Shown: in pieces, positions 60,019 through 64,000 of the stretch
How the letters are laid out: each line of letters begins with the position of its first letter
Numbering within the stretch: position 1 is the stretch's first letter
NCBI GenBank assembly: GCA_965203905.1
Contig: CBDBDQ010000005.1
Coordinates: 6,272,001-6,336,000, forward strand
Direction of reading: 5' to 3'
DNA: 64,000 bases
From: Spirochaetia bacterium
Lineage (GTDB): Bacteria; Spirochaetota; Spirochaetia; SZUA-6; Bin103
Notes under the pieces: generated by a model
Told to the model about the DNA's origin: nothing
Database searches by the model: none
The model's input: the letters and a program-made list of their open reading frames with translations, nothing else
Made by a program: the position numbers and the translations under genes

Positions 60019-60999
60019 ATGCAGTACCGGCTATTGGGTGCGAGTGGGGTGCGGGTGTCCGAAATCGGGATCGGGGCCTTCCCGCTGTCGGGCTACTCGG
60101 TCGACGCGGACGGCCGGCGGACCGGCTGGAGCGGGTCCAGCGATGCGCAGGCGGTGGCCCTGATCCACCGTGCCGAGGAACTGGGCATCAACCTGATCGA
60201 CAGCGCCGAGTCGTACGGCAACGGCCACAGCGAAGAGGTGGTGGGAGGCGCGCTGCGCGGACGCCGCGACCGCTGGCTGATCGCCACCAAGGTGTCCACC
60301 AACCTGGGCCTGAGCGCGGGGACGGCGGACCTTGCCGGAGCGGCGCGGCGGCGCATACATGCTGCCGCCGAAGCGAGCCGGAGGCGTCTCGGCAGCGACT
60401 TCATCGACGTGTACCAGCTCCACGCCCTGCCGCTGGCGGGTGCCGAGGCGGCGGTCATGGAGGCGCTCATGGAGCTGAAGCGGCGTGGCGTGGTGCGCCT
60501 GATCGGCATCTCCAGCAACGACGTGGCGGCGATCCGCCGTCTTGCGGCACTCGGCGACGTGGACGTGCTGCAAGTGGGCTACAACCTGATTGAGCGCCAG
60601 GGAGCGGCAACCCTCGACTACGCCCGCGGCGCGGGCATGGGCACCCTGATCCGGGTGCCCCTGGCGAAGGGCATGCTCAGCGGCAAGTACTTCACCGACT
60701 GGGAAGTGCCGGGCGACGACGTGCGCCACGAGCGGTTCTCGCACGCCGACACGGTGCGCGCCTTCCGGCGCCTGCCGGAGCTGGCGTTCCTCGCCGAGGA
60801 CCGCACCATGCCGCAGGCCGCGCTGCGCTTCACCCTCGACCACCCCGGCACGAGCTGCGTGATCGCCGGCGCCAAGACGGTCGCCCAGATCGAGGAGAAT
60901 GCCGCCGCGGCTGAGGTGCCGGCGCTCTCAGGCGCCGAGCTGCAACGCGCGTTTCCCATCGTGGAAGGTCTCTCGGTCCCCAACTGGGCGGGTAACTGA
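60019..60999 (+). CDS. Aldo/keto reductase
   Basis: VSEIGIG, IDSAESYG, IATK, IDVYQLH. Confidence 0.9.
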   Translation: MQYRLLGASGVRVSEIGIGAFPLSGYSVDADGRRTGWSGSSDAQAVALIHRAEELGINLIDSAESYGNGHSEEVVGGALRGRRDRWLIATKVSTNLGLSAGTADLAGAARRRIHAAAEASRRRLGSDFIDVYQLHALPLAGAEAAVMEALMELKRRGVVRLIGISSNDVAAIRRLAALGDVDVLQVGYNLIERQGAATLDYARGAGMGTLIRVPLAKGMLSGKYFTDWEVPGDDVRHERFSHADTVRAFRRLPELAFLAEDRTMPQAALRFTLDHPGTSCVIAGAKTVAQIEENAAAAEVPALSGAELQRAFPIVEGLSVPNWAGN

Positions 61000-61003
61000 A
61001 GCC

Positions 61004-61435
61004 GTGGTACAGGAGACGCCGCGGGGCCGGTTCGGCGTAGCCGTCAAGGCGGCGATCCTGCGCGGTCGCCGGCTCCTGGTCCTCTACAAGAGCGTCGCCG
61101 AGGCCGGCTCCGATCCCGATCCCGCTGTCAGGATCGATCTCCCCGGTGGACGGATCGAGTTCGGCGAGTCACCGGTCGAGGCGCTGCGCCGGGAGGTCGC
61201 CGAGGAAACCGGGCTGCAGGTCGAGCCGATTGCCCCGCTCCAGGTCTGGCACTACGTGAAGCAGCGATTCCAGCTCGTCGGGATCGACTACCGGTGCGAG
61301 TGCAGGTCCGGCGAGGTAGCGCTGAGCGATGAGCACGATGGGTTCGCTTGGCTGACCGAGGAGGAACTGCGCCAACTCCATCCAGAGGAGCAGCAACAAT
61401 TCGCCGCGGCCTTCCAGAGCGATCTCGGCCCCTGA
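61004..61435 (+). CDS. NUDIX hydrolase
   Basis: PGGRIEFGESPVEALRREVAEETGL. Confidence 0.85.
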   Translation: MVQETPRGRFGVAVKAAILRGRRLLVLYKSVAEAGSDPDPAVRIDLPGGRIEFGESPVEALRREVAEETGLQVEPIAPLQVWHYVKQRFQLVGIDYRCECRSGEVALSDEHDGFAWLTEEELRQLHPEEQQQFAAAFQSDLGP

Positions 61436-61442
61436 CCCCGAC

Positions 61443-62072
61443 ATGCCGAAAGGACATGCCTCCGACGAGGTTCGTTTGCTGCTGGGAAGCTCGAACCGAC
61501 ACAAGGTCCGGGAGTGGCGGGCCATGCTGCAGCATCTGGCGATCGACCTGGTGGACCCGGTGCAGTTGCGGCTCGCGGTAGACGCGGTCGAGAACGGAGC
61601 GACCGCCGAGGAGAACGCGCGCATCAAGGCACAGGCATACCTCGATGCTGCCGGCATTCCGACGTTCTCGCTCGATGCCGCCCTGCGCATAGACGGTCTG
61701 CCGCCCGAGGAACAACCCGACGTTTGGGTGCGTCGCATCTGCGGTCGCGGGGAGCAGACCACCGACGCCGAGATGGTGAGCCATTACCGCGACCTGCTGC
61801 GGCGGCTGGGCGGACGCGCGACGGGCGAATGGACCCTCGGTATCGCCCTGGCGCCGGCACCCGGACGCATCCTCTCGGCGCGGCGGGTGCACCGCACGCA
61901 GTTCGTGGCCACGCCAAGCCCAGTGCTGATCCCCGGCGCGGCGCTGCAGTCGCTGCAGGTGAATCCGGCGACCGGCCGTTACTTCTCCGAGATGACCCCG
62001 TCCGAGCATGCCGACCGGCTGCGGGAACGGGCACGCTGGATCGTCGGCTTCGTGATTCGCGGTCTGCTCTGA
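61443..62072 (+). CDS. Ham1/RdgB-like non-canonical NTP pyrophosphatase (divergent)
   Basis: GSSNRHKVRE, ENGATAEENARIKA. Confidence 0.7.
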   Translation: MPKGHASDEVRLLLGSSNRHKVREWRAMLQHLAIDLVDPVQLRLAVDAVENGATAEENARIKAQAYLDAAGIPTFSLDAALRIDGLPPEEQPDVWVRRICGRGEQTTDAEMVSHYRDLLRRLGGRATGEWTLGIALAPAPGRILSARRVHRTQFVATPSPVLIPGAALQSLQVNPATGRYFSEMTPSEHADRLRERARWIVGFVIRGLL

Positions 62073-62256
62073 TAATCGTCCTTCAACACATCTAATTTGA
62101 TTTACAATACGATATTTGTGCTATTAACTAGCAAATAAGATATATAAACGGATCAAAGTAGTTGACCGAACTCCGGCTCCTTCTCCACTATATAAACATC
62201 AATTACTGATTGCTAAGTCACTCATCAGGCGAATAAGCAATCAAAGTTGGAAGGTT

Positions 62257-62613
62257 ATGAGGATCACTCACCTTACTACCGACAGCGCAGCGATGCAGGA
62301 GTTGGGCACCCGAATCGCGCGCCAGCGCCTGAACCGCAATCTCACGCAGGCAACGCTCGCGGCCGAGGCTGGGGTTTCCGTGCCCACCGTGCAGCGCCTG
62401 GAGCAGGGCAAGTCGTGCCAGACCTCCAGCCTGATCCGGATCCTGCGCGCCCTCAAGTTACTGGAGCATCTCGACGGCCTCGTCCCCGAGCCGCCGGCGA
62501 GCCCGATGCAGCAGCTCAGAACGCGCGGCAAACTACGCCGGCGCGCCTCCTCACCGGCCGGTACTCGCATTCGCGAGCGCCCCCCGGCATGGACCTGGGG
62601 CGATGAGCCATGA
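62257..62613 (+). CDS. HipB-like HTH antitoxin
   Basis: NLTQATLAAEAGVSVPTVQRLEQG; overlaps the hipA start. Confidence 0.85.
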   Translation: MRITHLTTDSAAMQELGTRIARQRLNRNLTQATLAAEAGVSVPTVQRLEQGKSCQTSSLIRILRALKLLEHLDGLVPEPPASPMQQLRTRGKLRRRASSPAGTRIRERPPAWTWGDEP

Positions 62614-63914
62614 CGGTGGCCGAGGCAAGAATGTGGGGTACCACGATCGGGGCCGTGAGTTGGGATGACGACCGTGGCTACGCCGCCTTCGAGTACGCCC
62701 CGGCCTTCCGGCCAAGCGGTCGGGAGGTTGCCCCGCTCACGATGCCGCTGGGCGACGCGATCTACTCCTTCCCGGCACTGGCGCGGGAGACGTTCCACGG
62801 GCTTCCGGGGCTCCTTGCCGACTCGCTCCCAGACCGCTTCGGCAACGCTCTCATCGACGCCTGGCTGGCGGCGCAGGGCCGCAGTCCGGGCGATTTCAAT
62901 CCGGTGGAACGGCTCTGTTACGTCGGCGAGCGTGGCATGGGAGCCCTGGAGTTCGCGCCCGCCACCGGCCCCGACCATCGACAGTCCGCAATGGAAGTGG
63001 CGGCACTCGTCGAGCTTGCCAGTGAGATACTCACCAACCGAGGGAGACTTGCCGGCTCCTTCGAGGCACCCCGGCGACAGCAGGCACTGCAGAGCATCCT
63101 CCGGGTCGGCACCTCGGCCGGCGGCGCCCGCGCCAAGGCGATCATCGCCTGGAATCCCGCCACCGACGTGGTGCGCTCGGGGCAGATTTCCGCCGGCGAC
63201 GGATTTTCCTACTGGCTGCTCAAGTTCGACGGGGTAGCCGGCAACCGCGACCGCGAGCTCGACGATCCGCAAGGCTACGGACTGATCGAGTACGCCTACC
63301 ACCTGATGGCTCGGGCCGCGGGCATCACCATGGCCGACTCCCGCATCCTGCACGAAGGCGGGCGCAACCACTTCATGACCAGACGCTTCGACCGAACCGC
63401 GGCAGGCGACAAGATTCACCTGCTGTCGCTCGGCGCCATGGCGCATTACGACTTCAACCAGGCCGGCGCCCACTCCTACGAGCAGGCGCTCCGCGTGATC
63501 GAACAACTCGATCTCGGCAAGGATACGGTGGAAGAGCAGTTCCGCCGCATGGCGTTCAACGTCGTCGCGCGCAACCAGGACGACCACGTCAAGAACATCG
63601 CGTTCCTGATGGATCGGTCCGGGCGCTGGTCGCTCGCACCGGCATTCGACGTAACGTACAGCTACAATCCGGGGGGACGGTGGACCGGCGCCCACCAGAT
63701 GTCCCTGAACGGCAAGCGCGAAGGCTTCGTCGCCGATGACTTCGACGCCTGTGCGCGCACCGCCGCCATGAAGCGCGGCCGCGCAACCGAGATCCTCCGC
63801 CAAGTCCAGGGCGCAGTATCACACTGGCCCGAGTACGCGGCTCAAGCCGGCGTACCGGAGGAAACCACTCGCCGCATCGGCTCCACTCAGCGCACAGAAA
63901 CTCTCGTTCCCTGA
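62610..63914 (+). CDS. hipA: HipA-family kinase toxin
   Basis: ADSLPDRFG, TSAGGARAK, LKFDG, NQDDHVKN, APAFD. Confidence 0.9.
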   Translation: MTVAEARMWGTTIGAVSWDDDRGYAAFEYAPAFRPSGREVAPLTMPLGDAIYSFPALARETFHGLPGLLADSLPDRFGNALIDAWLAAQGRSPGDFNPVERLCYVGERGMGALEFAPATGPDHRQSAMEVAALVELASEILTNRGRLAGSFEAPRRQQALQSILRVGTSAGGARAKAIIAWNPATDVVRSGQISAGDGFSYWLLKFDGVAGNRDRELDDPQGYGLIEYAYHLMARAAGITMADSRILHEGGRNHFMTRRFDRTAAGDKIHLLSLGAMAHYDFNQAGAHSYEQALRVIEQLDLGKDTVEEQFRRMAFNVVARNQDDHVKNIAFLMDRSGRWSLAPAFDVTYSYNPGGRWTGAHQMSLNGKREGFVADDFDACARTAAMKRGRATEILRQVQGAVSHWPEYAAQAGVPEETTRRIGSTQRTETLVP

Positions 63915-64000
63915 TCGATTGCCCGTGCACCTCGTTACCCGATGCCTTGCCGGCGTCTTGGCGGGTAGCAGCGCAGTAGATGGTGATCGCGCCGAACCTG

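Noticed and set aside
1-64000. tRNA, rRNA or CRISPR loci
   Set aside because: None recognised by eye; tRNAscan-SE and Infernal were not run.

Overview
High-GC bacterial DNA. NusG-domain-II, GerMN/amidase and xseAB genes plus many orphan ABC substrate-binding proteins suggest a spirochaete-like, possibly host-associated genome (inference). 1-8.6 kb is housekeeping. It is followed by a coxG-S-L-M form-II-like molybdohydroxylase and two convergent paralogous ABC operons without ATPases. An IS1182 and an ISAzo13 sit in the leader of one operon. Next come a corrinoid methyltransferase cluster (MtaA-like, corrinoid protein, RamA-like, two unknown Cys/His proteins) and SDR/P450 genes. Several toxin-antitoxin modules, some decayed, are scattered through the window. 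39.9-50 kb is a nested mobile island. An ISKra4-ended 8.1 kb unit with a 9-bp TSD carries a DUF222-like HNH gene. That gene is split by a 5.95 kb tyrosine-recombinase/IS91 + RIT insertion, and an ISNCY-like IS lies next to the unit. An intact paralogous HNH gene is at 56.9-58.5 kb. The two HNH genes share a conserved upstream non-coding segment and repeated CTTCG-N4-CGAAG palindromes inside otherwise unrelated linkers, which is the most unexplained signal in the window. All calls come from reading the sequence; no searches were run.
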